Notes under the pieces: generated by a model
The model's input: only the letters and a program-made list of their open reading frames with translations
Told to the model about the DNA's origin: nothing
The model's database searches: none
Position numbers and translations under genes: made by a program
Shown: piece by piece, positions 17,052 to 26,775 of the stretch
Layout: each line of letters begins with the position of its first letter
Position numbering within the stretch: position 1 is the first letter of the stretch
Source of the DNA: a virus
Lineage: Duplodnaviria > Caudoviricetes
Reading direction: 5' to 3' (one strand)
IMG/VR virus record: IMGVR_UViG_3300012953_007445
Location: 1 to 51,280 of that record
Length of the DNA stretch: 51,280 nt

Positions 17052-17303
17052 TTATATATCGATATAATCTTCTATATTTACTAGTTTACTCTTTATTGAT
17101 TTTTCTATCTGACAAATTCTCATACGCGTCACTCCAAAAATGTCCCCAATCTCTTGAAGGGTCTTGGGCCCTTCATAAGCAGATATCAAAGTACAATTTT
17201 GATTACAAGGATATTTTATCCAGTATCTACAAGAATTCTTCTGGCATGGGACCTTATATTCCATGTGTGCCGTGTAACAAATTAAATCTTTATCTATTTC
17301 CAT
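17052..17303 (-). CDS. Stand-alone sigma70 region-4 HTH protein with Cys-rich N-terminus
   Basis: PKTLQEIGDIFGVTRMRICQIEK; five Cys upstream of the HTH; AAGG SD on minus strand. Confidence 0.8.
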   Translation of the reverse strand: MEIDKDLICYTAHMEYKVPCQKNSCRYWIKYPCNQNCTLISAYEGPKTLQEIGDIFGVTRMRICQIEKSIKSKLVNIEDYIDI

Positions 17304-17319
17304 TTATTAACCTTAGTAG

Positions 17320-17348
17320 ATTTATTATTTTATATACTAATAATAAAT
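17320..17348. promoter_or_regulatory. 10-bp inverted repeat in divergent intergenic region
   Basis: ATTTATTATT-9 nt (contains TATACT)-AATAATAAAT. Confidence 0.35.
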
Positions 17349-17372
17349 TTTCATATTTTCATTGGAGCTTTT

Positions 17373-18662
17373 ATGAAAAGAAAAACTTTTGTTTTAGATA
17401 CTAACGTCTTATTATACGACAAGACAGCTATTCACTCTTTTTCCGGATGCGATGTAGTTATCCCTCTTTTAGTTTTAGATGAGCTAGATAGGTTTAAGGA
17501 AAAGCCTGGAGTTATAGGAGAATCAGCTAGATACGTAAATCGATTGCTAGATGGTTTTAGAGAAATAGGAAGGTTAGATGAAGGTATTAAAATACCCGAT
17601 CATTTAGCTAAGGACCAAAATATAAAAGTTATAGTTGGAGAGCATGCAGCTCCTTTTGGTTTAGCGGGTAACGCTGGAGATAATCTAATAATCGCTGCTA
17701 CACTTTCTGAAGCAAGAGAAAAGCCAAACAGCAAAATCATATTAGTTACTAAAGACATTAACCTCAGGGTTAAGTGCGACGCTTTAGGCATACTGTCTGA
17801 AGATTATTTTAAGGATCACATAGCCAGCGAAGATGCAGAATATTCTGGATATGGTAAGCTTGAATTAAGTTTAGAAGAAGTTAATCGTTTCTGGACAGAT
17901 AGCTATGTTGACTTGAAAGATTCTTCTTTTTTCCCTAACGAATATGTAGTAGTTAACGAAGGGGGTAATTCTAGTTTCTTAGCTCGGCATTCTAAAAATC
18001 AATTAGTTAAACTTATACAAGCCCCTGGCGGCATCGGTAAAATAAACCCAAAAAATAAAGAACAAAGTTTTGCAATAGACGCATTAATGCATTCAGATGT
18101 TCCTCTAGTGACTTTAACCGGAATTGCTGGATCAGGAAAAACTTTTTTAACTCTCATGGCAGCTATGGATGGTGCAATGACAAAAAAGTACTCTAGGATC
18201 ATAATTAGCCGTTCTATTCAAACAGTTGGAAATGATTTAGGGTTTCTTCCTGGGGACTTAAACGAAAAGATGGATCCGTGGTTAGCTCCAATAAAAGACA
18301 ATTTTCAAACTATGTTTAATGATATCACTTATTTTGAAGCTATGAAAGATAAAGGCCAAATTGAAGTTGCTCCATTAGCATTTATTAGAGGTAGGTCTTT
18401 TAATGATGCTTTTGTAATTGTTGACGAAGCGCAAAATGCTACAGTTCATGAGCTTAAAACTTTGATTACCCGGGTAGGGAAAAATTCTAAGATAGTTCTC
18501 CTGGGAGATATCGACCAAATTGATACCCCATATATCGATAAAGTTTCTAATGGTTTATCGATAATTGTCGACCGTTTTAAGAAAACAGATTTAAGTGCTC
18601 ACGTTTACATTCCTCATGGACAAAGATCAAATCTAGCAACATTGGCATCCAACATACTTTGA
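17373..18662 (+). CDS. phoH: PIN-PhoH (PhoH2/YlaK-type) protein
   Basis: VLDTNVLL, TKDINLRVK, GIAGSGKT, GFLPG, RGRSF, DEAQN, GDIDQID. Confidence 0.93.
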   Translation: MKRKTFVLDTNVLLYDKTAIHSFSGCDVVIPLLVLDELDRFKEKPGVIGESARYVNRLLDGFREIGRLDEGIKIPDHLAKDQNIKVIVGEHAAPFGLAGNAGDNLIIAATLSEAREKPNSKIILVTKDINLRVKCDALGILSEDYFKDHIASEDAEYSGYGKLELSLEEVNRFWTDSYVDLKDSSFFPNEYVVVNEGGNSSFLARHSKNQLVKLIQAPGGIGKINPKNKEQSFAIDALMHSDVPLVTLTGIAGSGKTFLTLMAAMDGAMTKKYSRIIISRSIQTVGNDLGFLPGDLNEKMDPWLAPIKDNFQTMFNDITYFEAMKDKGQIEVAPLAFIRGRSFNDAFVIVDEAQNATVHELKTLITRVGKNSKIVLLGDIDQIDTPYIDKVSNGLSIIVDRFKKTDLSAHVYIPHGQRSNLATLASNIL

Positions 18663-18665
18663 AGT

Positions 18666-18672
18666 ATATTTA
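18666..18672 (+). promoter_or_regulatory. Candidate late promoter ATATTTA
   Basis: Just upstream of GGAGG/ATG 18690, the first tail-module gene; same motif before 41048. Confidence 0.45.
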
Positions 18673-18689
18673 GATCTGGAGGTCTTACC

Positions 18690-19043
18690 ATGGCTGTTAG
18701 ATTTACTACTTTTAGAAAAATAAATAAAAACAGGTTTCGAAAAATATACCCTATTAATCACTATGCTCCCGTGGATGGGTTCCTCACAGATAAACAATTA
18801 GTTGTCGAGACTAAATTGGTTGATTTCAATAATTCATCATTTGAGTTTACGACGCTAGATGGTGACTATTCTGAAACTCCTGTAATTATAGTTTCTGGAT
18901 TTAATGAAAGTTCAAGTGCTCAAGCTAACGTTAACTTGTACATAGATTCTATAGAAACGATAGATGGAAAAATAAAGATAGGAATTAGATCTAGTGATAA
19001 CTTTACCGGTAAAGCTGCTTTGCAAGTCTTGGAAGTTGTTTAA
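18690..19043 (+). CDS. Small beta-rich tail-associated protein
   Basis: YSETPVIIVSG pattern; first gene of tail fibre operon. Confidence 0.6.
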   Translation: MAVRFTTFRKINKNRFRKIYPINHYAPVDGFLTDKQLVVETKLVDFNNSSFEFTTLDGDYSETPVIIVSGFNESSSAQANVNLYIDSIETIDGKIKIGIRSSDNFTGKAALQVLEVV

Positions 19044-19045
19044 TC

Positions 19046-19309
19046 ATGGCTGTGGGTTGTAAATTACTGGAAATATGTGCCGGTTCAATTGATAGCAAAA
19101 ATTATCCAGGACAGCACGTAATAAGCGTAACTTTTGAAAAAAAATTCTCGGCTGTTCCCATAATTAATTTATGTGTTATCGGTAGTAATAAAGAGTCTTT
19201 AGCGGAAAACGTGACAACTAGTGGGTTTGATCTTGTCGTTACTGACACTGGACAAGGAATTGATGGTACTTTTAGAGTAGATTTTCATGCATTCAATGTG
19301 ATAAGGTAA
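19046..19309 (+). CDS. Small tail-associated protein (H-type lectin-like)
   Basis: VTFEKKFSAVPII...NVTTSGF...VDFHA pattern. Confidence 0.6.
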   Translation: MAVGCKLLEICAGSIDSKNYPGQHVISVTFEKKFSAVPIINLCVIGSNKESLAENVTTSGFDLVVTDTGQGIDGTFRVDFHAFNVIR

Positions 19310-19313
19310 AAAG

Positions 19314-22300
19314 ATGGCAAGAGATTTTAGAACAAAACAAATAAGAACTTCGTTAGTTATCGCCTCGGGATCTTTAACAGGATCAAATCCAAATTTAGGG
19401 TTAGTCTTCCTTTCTGGAAGTAAGATGTTAAATTTTGATGGCCAGATGTTAACCGGTTCTGGAAATGCAGCAATAGGTCCAGCAATTCCATCAACGCCCC
19501 TATTTGATGCTAATAATCAACCAGGTTTCGAGCCTGGATTATATCTAGGACATAATTCTATTGGTCATGATGTTTGGTGTCTTTTTGATGGCGCTTCAAA
19601 TGGTCCCACTGGTACTTCTACGAGAAGAAGAGACGGATCAACAGTCTTATTTATGGGAGATGTTGTTGTTAGTGGTAGTCTCTTCGCAGAGAGACACGTA
19701 GTTGAAGTCGATTCAACAGTTGATGGAAATTTTATTGCTCCTAAAGACTCTCACCTTAGCGGAGGTTTATATTCTGGTGAACAGGCAACTGGGATATATG
19801 CTTTAAGAGTTAATCCTCATGATTCAATTAAGGATGGGATTCCTGCAAACACTGTACAAATTAATAACTCAGTTTTTAGAGCTACTGCGAATTCAGAGTT
19901 TGGTGGTGGTTTTGGGTCAGCGGGGCTGACTATTGATTCAAATGGTACTTTAACTACTGACGGAGAGATTCAAACTGCTAAGATAGCATTCACCGATGGT
20001 GATGATGCTATAGCTATCGAAAACGGTGGTACTATTAAACTTAGCACGGGATTAAGAAATACCCCTGCCGTAAAGGTTACTACGGCCATCAACTCCAATG
20101 TAAATGAGTGGGTAAAATTTGCAGAATTATCAGAAGCATCGACTGCTCGAAATGATAGCGCTAGCGCTGTTTTCCTGATTAGGTTTACAGATGCTGAGCG
20201 AATGAACACTCAAAGTTATATTAACGTGAGCATTTTACTAGAAGTCGCAGTCGGAGCGAATGACCCAAGCAACCCTACGGTTCTCAACGCTGAAGTTTTT
20301 GATGCTAATAGCGGCGATGATGTCGCGGCTTTTGATCCAACTACCATGATTGAACTTTGGCAAAAAAAGGACGATACAAATCCTACAGGAGCTCTCTACA
20401 TTAAGAACCCAAGTCAATTCAACCAGGTCTATGTTTCTATGTTGAATGGAAATAGGAATCACGGCGGTGCCGCAGAAATGGAATGGTTAATCCTCACCGG
20501 TCAGTCGTGGATGACTAACGCTGCTTACACTAGTGCTAGATCTAGTTTTGATGGTGTCTCTAATCAGGATATAGTCGCTTGTAGGTTAACTGAAAAGAAA
20601 TACAGTAAAGTCACAACTAGTCAACTTACCGGTTCAGCCGGCCTTGCCGTTGAAATGAATAGCCGAAAAATGACTATGTTTGATGATGGGGTTGATATGG
20701 TTATCAGCGCATCGGCCGGTCTGAAGTTAGTTGCTAATGATGGCAGCGGAGATATCAAACTTCATGGCAATGTGGCATTTGATAACATTTTGGTCGAAGA
20801 ATATTTAGGTCATCAAGGAGATACAGATACTAAGTTGCATTTTCCAGATGCCGGTGATCAGATGAAACTGTCAGCGGGTGGTGTTGAGTTTGTTCACATC
20901 ACAGAAGATGGTTCTCAAGACAAAATAGTTTTCAACCCAAACAATCAGGATATAGATTTTGTAGTCGTTGGCGGTGATGCTGCTAAGAAATTTATAGACT
21001 TTGATGCTCAAAACAATAACTTAAAATTAGGAGCGGATACCTCTGGAAATGCTACGTTAAGTGTATCGGACAGCGTAACTGTTAACCCCGCAAATCAAAC
21101 TGCAGGTTTTAGAGTAAATGATGCTGCGGGGAATGGGTTATTCTCTGTTACTCCTTTTACTCATAAAGTGCAAGTAATCGGAGATGATGGAGATACTGAT
21201 ACTATATTTGAAGTCAAAGCTGGTTCAACTACTATAGTAGATGTAACTAATCACACTACTAACGGGATATCTTTAGGAACCGCTAGTATACCGGTAAAAA
21301 TTGTTGGTGACCTTGTCGTAGGTGGCGCGACTACCACGATCAACACTACAAACTTATTAGTTGAAGATCCAGTTGTTGTTCTCAACAAAGCAAACTCCTC
21401 AGCTAATGGGCAAGGTGGGATTGCAATTGAAAAAGGTGGAACTTCTTTAGACATGGTTTTCGGTCGTGTTGCTAATGACACATGGGGCGTTGGTACTAAA
21501 GATACTAATGACGGGGCAGTGACTACTCTCGCTGATATGACTCTAGCTAATATCAGAGCTGCTCGATTTGAATGTGGAGATTCTGCAACTTATATTTCCG
21601 GTGATGGTACTGATATTACTTTAACCGCTACAGGAGATATTAACGTTCCTGCCAATGTCGGTGTTACTTTTGGTAATGATGCGGAAAAGATTGAGGGTGA
21701 TGGCACCGACTTAAGGTTTTTTGGTAATAACCTCATTCTGTCAGCTTCTGCAGATGTTCTGTTACCCGGGAATGTTGGGTTAGCGTGGGGACCAAATAGT
21801 ACAGAAAAAATTGAAGGAAATGGTAGTAAGCTAACTCTTTCAACTGAGGGTGATATCGACTTATCTCCTGGCGGAGCAATTAGAGTTACGGGAGATAATC
21901 AAATTGAATTTGGTAATGCTGATTCTGGAGAGTACATTAAACGTAGAATCAGTAACAGCGGTGGGTTGTTAATTCAATCAGATGCAAGTAACGGCGCGAT
22001 TGAATTAAACAATGGCCAAGGTGGTGGGCCAATATTGATAGGTGGAAACTCAGCTGATTTAAAAATAATTTTTGGTTCTGGACAAGATACTGGACTTGGA
22101 GGCCAACACGGCCAGTGGGTTGGGGCTGCGGGCGCTGCTAAGCTTGGAGATCTAGTAGCAGCTGCAGAAATCGATTTAATATTATCAGCTTCGCAAGCTG
22201 TTGTCCTAAATTATACCGGGCATTCAGGAACAAAGCTCTATCCTAGGTTAGAATTTGGTTCAAAAGATTCAACTGAATATATTCGAGGAGATGGTACAGA

Positions 22301-24332
22301 TTTATCTTTCTTTTCGGGTGCAAAACTTAAACTAAGCCCAGCAACATCGATAGAAATACAGAATGATAAGCCTTTGAACTTTGATGCTTCTGGAAACTTT
22401 AAAATCCAAAAGGGTTCTTCTAGTTTAGATATCACCGGTGCAACAATTAATTTAAATGCAACTTCTCAAGTAAATGTACCAGAAGGTGTTGATTTAGTTT
22501 TTGATGCAGCGGGAACTGACCCTGACAATGTAGTAAAGATTAATGGTGATTCTTCTAACAATTTAAACCTTTCTGCTACCAGCGGTGAAGTTAAGTCAGA
22601 TACTCATTTAAATGTTGCTGCTAGTAAGAATCTTAGGTTTACCGACAATAATGCTCGCGTGTATCGTGATGGAGACAACATGATGTTCCGAGATGCGCAG
22701 CAGACAACGGCCGTTACGTTAACGACTCTTAACACGAGAGACGTTGTTGACCATGGATTTAGGATTGCCTTAGGACCAGATAGGTTAAAGGCTTCAGGGT
22801 CATTTTCTATTGATAAGCAAGATCGGTATGCTAACCAATTAGGATCGGATGTCTGGTTCTATGTTGATTCAAATGATAGCAGTAGGAATAAGTCTGTTTT
22901 TGCTAAGCAGTTAGTAATGTCAAGTTCTCTCAAGCTTATAGATACAAGCGATGCAGCTAGCATTTCTACTTTGGAGCATAATTTAGATGTTCTTAAAGTC
23001 GGCGTAGACAGTTCAGCAATAGCCCAGTTTGAATCAATCGGTATGAGGTTGATGAATGGTAAGGGACTCTATTTTAACTCAACTACCCAGTCGATAACTA
23101 AAGCTACTAATGATTTTAAATTTAGCACTGGTAACGGTGCTGCAACTGGACTGATAATTGGCGATGATAACGACGGATATGATCGATCGATAATTTTTGG
23201 ACATACCACTCTTAAGACGATAGCAGGTATAGATGACAGTTTAGACGCTTTTATTATCAACACAGACGCAGCGTTTGATAACACTTTATCGAATAACTCT
23301 TTAACTATCGACGCTAATCATAATGTCGGCGTGGGCGGAGACCTTACTGTTCACGGTGGCGATATTGCTTATAGCAATGGCCAAAATGCAACCTTGGATG
23401 TCGCGGCCACTGCCGCGGATAACGCTGGAAAGAGCTTAAGTTTATCAGCAGGTGACGTAACAGGAGGTTCCGGAACTGGCAACACAGCCGGCGGAGACTT
23501 GGTATTATCTTCAGGGGCCTCTACCGGGACTGGAACTTCTACTATGCAGTTTAAAACTGCAACTGCTGGATCTGAAGGTAATGTTTCTAGCACGCCTGTT
23601 GAGCGTATGCGAATTCATACTAACGGAAAAGTTGGTATTGGTGATACCACTCCAAATGCTCAGCTAGATGTAGCTCACACCGGCATAGGGATAGCTGCTC
23701 AATCGAATGCTAATTCTGTGGCTAGCAGCTTAAGTTTGACTAACTCTCATGCGGGGAGTTCTGCCGGGGTTCAACTTAGCGCAACATTGAATAATGGAGT
23801 TCACGGAGCTTTTGCCGGGCAGATTAATTTTGGTAAAGTTCAAGAGTGGGACAATGCGGATAACGCTACTCATGATGGTTACATGTCTTTTTCCGTTCTC
23901 GTCGATAAATCAGTATCAGAAACAATGAGAATTGCAAACGGTAAGGTTGGCATTGGCATTACTGCCCCTTCTTACAAGCTTGATGTAGATGGAGACATAA
24001 GAGTTAGAGGGAACGATATTAGAGACAACAGTGGAAACCCAGCGATTACTTTCGATGGGAGCGCTAATACTACAACTAATGGGACTCTTACTTTGAAAGG
24101 TCATGCTTTGCCTCATGCTAATAACACCTACGACCTAGGTTCAACTACATATAGGTTTCGAAATATATATACGAATGACTTGAATCTTTGTAATGAAGGT
24201 ATGGGTAACGATGTGGATGGAACTAGTGGTAACTGGACAATTCAAGAGGGTGAAGATAATTTGTATGTGATCAATAACATAACAGGCAAGAAATTTAAGA
24301 TGATGTTACAGCCTGTAGAGGATGGAGAATAA
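19314..24332 (+). CDS. Long tail fibre protein (1672 aa)
   Basis: Gly/Asp/Thr-rich beta repeats, ERMRI..NGKVGIG..P...LDV repeats, C-terminal NDVDGT.GNWTIQEGE..LY..NN.TGKKFK domain. Confidence 0.88.
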   Translation: MARDFRTKQIRTSLVIASGSLTGSNPNLGLVFLSGSKMLNFDGQMLTGSGNAAIGPAIPSTPLFDANNQPGFEPGLYLGHNSIGHDVWCLFDGASNGPTGTSTRRRDGSTVLFMGDVVVSGSLFAERHVVEVDSTVDGNFIAPKDSHLSGGLYSGEQATGIYALRVNPHDSIKDGIPANTVQINNSVFRATANSEFGGGFGSAGLTIDSNGTLTTDGEIQTAKIAFTDGDDAIAIENGGTIKLSTGLRNTPAVKVTTAINSNVNEWVKFAELSEASTARNDSASAVFLIRFTDAERMNTQSYINVSILLEVAVGANDPSNPTVLNAEVFDANSGDDVAAFDPTTMIELWQKKDDTNPTGALYIKNPSQFNQVYVSMLNGNRNHGGAAEMEWLILTGQSWMTNAAYTSARSSFDGVSNQDIVACRLTEKKYSKVTTSQLTGSAGLAVEMNSRKMTMFDDGVDMVISASAGLKLVANDGSGDIKLHGNVAFDNILVEEYLGHQGDTDTKLHFPDAGDQMKLSAGGVEFVHITEDGSQDKIVFNPNNQDIDFVVVGGDAAKKFIDFDAQNNNLKLGADTSGNATLSVSDSVTVNPANQTAGFRVNDAAGNGLFSVTPFTHKVQVIGDDGDTDTIFEVKAGSTTIVDVTNHTTNGISLGTASIPVKIVGDLVVGGATTTINTTNLLVEDPVVVLNKANSSANGQGGIAIEKGGTSLDMVFGRVANDTWGVGTKDTNDGAVTTLADMTLANIRAARFECGDSATYISGDGTDITLTATGDINVPANVGVTFGNDAEKIEGDGTDLRFFGNNLILSASADVLLPGNVGLAWGPNSTEKIEGNGSKLTLSTEGDIDLSPGGAIRVTGDNQIEFGNADSGEYIKRRISNSGGLLIQSDASNGAIELNNGQGGGPILIGGNSADLKIIFGSGQDTGLGGQHGQWVGAAGAAKLGDLVAAAEIDLILSASQAVVLNYTGHSGTKLYPRLEFGSKDSTEYIRGDGTDLSFFSGAKLKLSPATSIEIQNDKPLNFDASGNFKIQKGSSSLDITGATINLNATSQVNVPEGVDLVFDAAGTDPDNVVKINGDSSNNLNLSATSGEVKSDTHLNVAASKNLRFTDNNARVYRDGDNMMFRDAQQTTAVTLTTLNTRDVVDHGFRIALGPDRLKASGSFSIDKQDRYANQLGSDVWFYVDSNDSSRNKSVFAKQLVMSSSLKLIDTSDAASISTLEHNLDVLKVGVDSSAIAQFESIGMRLMNGKGLYFNSTTQSITKATNDFKFSTGNGAATGLIIGDDNDGYDRSIIFGHTTLKTIAGIDDSLDAFIINTDAAFDNTLSNNSLTIDANHNVGVGGDLTVHGGDIAYSNGQNATLDVAATAADNAGKSLSLSAGDVTGGSGTGNTAGGDLVLSSGASTGTGTSTMQFKTATAGSEGNVSSTPVERMRIHTNGKVGIGDTTPNAQLDVAHTGIGIAAQSNANSVASSLSLTNSHAGSSAGVQLSATLNNGVHGAFAGQINFGKVQEWDNADNATHDGYMSFSVLVDKSVSETMRIANGKVGIGITAPSYKLDVDGDIRVRGNDIRDNSGNPAITFDGSANTTTNGTLTLKGHALPHANNTYDLGSTTYRFRNIYTNDLNLCNEGMGNDVDGTSGNWTIQEGEDNLYVINNITGKKFKMMLQPVEDGE

Positions 24333-24333
24333 A

Positions 24334-26622
24334 ATGGCTATTTATGGTTCTAATGTCAATGGGTTTCAAGTTCAAGTTAATTCAACAACTACCGGCGATT
24401 CAAACAAGTGGATAAAGATAGCTGAGAGTACCAGCAATATGACTTACTACGATACTTCAACAACCACGTTATTAGTTAATGTTGTAGGTAGGGAATATTT
24501 GACGTCAAATGATACTGACATGTCTTTTATCTTGCACGCTAAGATGACCTATGATGGTGTGACAACAAGAGCACCTGGTCAGTATATGACGGTCGAAAAA
24601 CTAAATCATCTAGGTACTGACAGCTTTGATCCTACAACGGACGTTTTCTTGACTTGGGGGAGTAATGGCGTTTATGATATATGGCTTAAAGTTCCGGAAA
24701 GTAATAAAGACGTTTTTGTGACTCATTTAGGTGGAAGTAATGCAGATACTGATCACTCCGAATTAAGTGCTGTTATAACAACTGGACAAAGTTGGGAAGC
24801 AGATAAAACTACCCTTTCTAGTGGGGGTTCTTTTTATGCTACTTATGCTAACAAAAAGTTCAAGGACGTCACTGTAGATACGATCTCAGCATCTACAATT
24901 TCTGGCACCGCGGCGACGAACGCGAACACAGCAAACAAGGTTGTAAAGAGAGACGGCTCCGGAGATTTTGAAGCTAATGTTATTACGGCTGATTTAGCCG
25001 GCAACATTTCCGGAAATGCCGCTACAGCAGATGCAATAGACGTCACTAATGATACAAGCAGCGCTGTTCATTACATACCTTTTGTTGCAACTTCTAACAC
25101 GGCTGCTGGACAGACTTTAAAGGTCAATACTAATTTTAGAATTAACCCAGGCACAGAGATTTTGGCAACAGTTAGTGATTTAACAGTGATGCCAAACTCA
25201 ACTTTCTCATCCACAAAAGGTATGATAGACCCTTTACAGATTGTAAGAACTACTACAACGAACTCGTTCAACATTAACGGAACTTCGTTTAATACATTGC
25301 CGGGGTTTGCAGTAGGTTGTGGAGGAGAACAGACAACAACTCGTATATCTGGTCCAGTTTATATTGGAGGAGGTTACGATTTGACCACCACCTTTGTAGG
25401 TCATGATAATAATGTTTACAACAGTGGAGGTTCTGCAGACCTTGCTATATGGGTAAGGTTTTTTCTAGATGTTATTGATGCTTCGGCGACTCCACATACG
25501 TTAACAAAGTCGACTGATTTTATAAACAACACTAGTATGAACACATCCACGCTGTTTGATCCTATAAAAGGTTTACCAGCTTCAACTTGGAACGGTACCG
25601 GTAATAATCCTATCACTGTAGCTGATCACTCTGACTTTAATTTTACTGATAGCAACAAGTTGACAGTTGCTTTTTGGATAAATATTCCAAATGCTGCTTG
25701 GTTGACTGCAGCCAATGGCCATGTGCTAGCATCTAAAGGATCAGCAAATGGTAACATGGAGTGGACAATATATTTCGACAACGATTCCTCCGCGGGCGAC
25801 CCTGCTTTATGGTTTATAAGAGAAGACGAAAGCGAGGGCTCTTACCGAGGTATTGCCTACGAAAATTTAGGAAATGGAGCAACTAACCAGTGGGATGTTG
25901 GTAATTGGGTTCATGTTGCGATAGTGGATGACACGACACTTGGGGTGGCTGATACTGTTTTTTATATTAACGGTGTAGCTGTTGCCGATAATACTAGCAA
26001 CATATTTGATTGGACACCCGCTGGTACTTATGAAGGTTCTGAAGACCTTTCCGGAGTGTTACAGATTGGTGGTGGGTTTGCTTATGGTTACGCGACTAAC
26101 GGGCTAAATAATGGAGTTAAGTTAGCTGAATTTGCTGTTTGGACAGATGCTCTTACAGCAGCAGAAGTAGCTGCTATATACAGCGCTAGCCAGTTTGGTA
26201 GAGGAAGTCATGAGTATTCTACTATGGCTTTTGTTGATGGTATAACTTATCTTCCAAGCACTTATCCTTATACTACTTCCAATAAACCTAACGTAACAAT
26301 TGGCACTGCCGGTGAATTAATAAGATCTACCCACACAAATTCTGAAAGAATTCTTAAGACAAACATAGAGAATTTAAATGCTGACTTGGAAAGTGTGTGT
26401 AAATTAGTCCCGGTTTTATTTAATTGGAAAACTGCCCCAGATGATAAGAAGATACCAGGATTCATTATTGATGAAGTAGAAGATAAATTTCCAGAATTGG
26501 TAGTACCAGCAGAAACTGATAGCGATTATAAATCACTCGAATATGATAGATTTTGTGCTTATATTGTATCTGCCATGAAGGAAATAAAAGATCGACTAGA
26601 AGCTTTAGAATCTAAAATTTAA
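24334..26622 (+). CDS. Tail fibre/spike with LamG (ConA-like) domain and C-terminal S74 intramolecular chaperone
   Basis: LTVAFWI, WVHVAIV, FYING, ALTAAEV; SERILKTNI...PVLFNWK...GFIIDEV...FPELV and terminal coiled coil; start ATG 24334. Confidence 0.85.
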   Translation: MAIYGSNVNGFQVQVNSTTTGDSNKWIKIAESTSNMTYYDTSTTTLLVNVVGREYLTSNDTDMSFILHAKMTYDGVTTRAPGQYMTVEKLNHLGTDSFDPTTDVFLTWGSNGVYDIWLKVPESNKDVFVTHLGGSNADTDHSELSAVITTGQSWEADKTTLSSGGSFYATYANKKFKDVTVDTISASTISGTAATNANTANKVVKRDGSGDFEANVITADLAGNISGNAATADAIDVTNDTSSAVHYIPFVATSNTAAGQTLKVNTNFRINPGTEILATVSDLTVMPNSTFSSTKGMIDPLQIVRTTTTNSFNINGTSFNTLPGFAVGCGGEQTTTRISGPVYIGGGYDLTTTFVGHDNNVYNSGGSADLAIWVRFFLDVIDASATPHTLTKSTDFINNTSMNTSTLFDPIKGLPASTWNGTGNNPITVADHSDFNFTDSNKLTVAFWINIPNAAWLTAANGHVLASKGSANGNMEWTIYFDNDSSAGDPALWFIREDESEGSYRGIAYENLGNGATNQWDVGNWVHVAIVDDTTLGVADTVFYINGVAVADNTSNIFDWTPAGTYEGSEDLSGVLQIGGGFAYGYATNGLNNGVKLAEFAVWTDALTAAEVAAIYSASQFGRGSHEYSTMAFVDGITYLPSTYPYTTSNKPNVTIGTAGELIRSTHTNSERILKTNIENLNADLESVCKLVPVLFNWKTAPDDKKIPGFIIDEVEDKFPELVVPAETDSDYKSLEYDRFCAYIVSAMKEIKDRLEALESKI

Positions 26623-26666
26623 AATTAAATTAAAAAAATTCCTGAACATTTTTTTCTTTACATATA

Positions 26667-26763
26667 CTCTATAGATCAGAGATCAGTTATACAGTTAATC
26701 TGATATACAGATATATCTATTTTATTATTCTTTTATTATAATTGATCTTATTAATCTATAGAG
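26667..26763. repeat. 10-bp inverted repeat enclosing short direct repeats in the longest intergenic gap
   Basis: CTCTATAGAT 26667-26676 / ATCTATAGAG 26754-26763; GATCAG x2, TATACAG x2; TATAAT at 26737. Confidence 0.45.
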
Positions 26764-26775
26764 ATAGAATATATT

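Noticed and set aside
19314-26622. Diversity-generating retroelement or invertible tail fibre cassette
   Set aside because: No reverse transcriptase or invertase and no near-identical TR/VR pair seen; fibre similarities are old and protein-level
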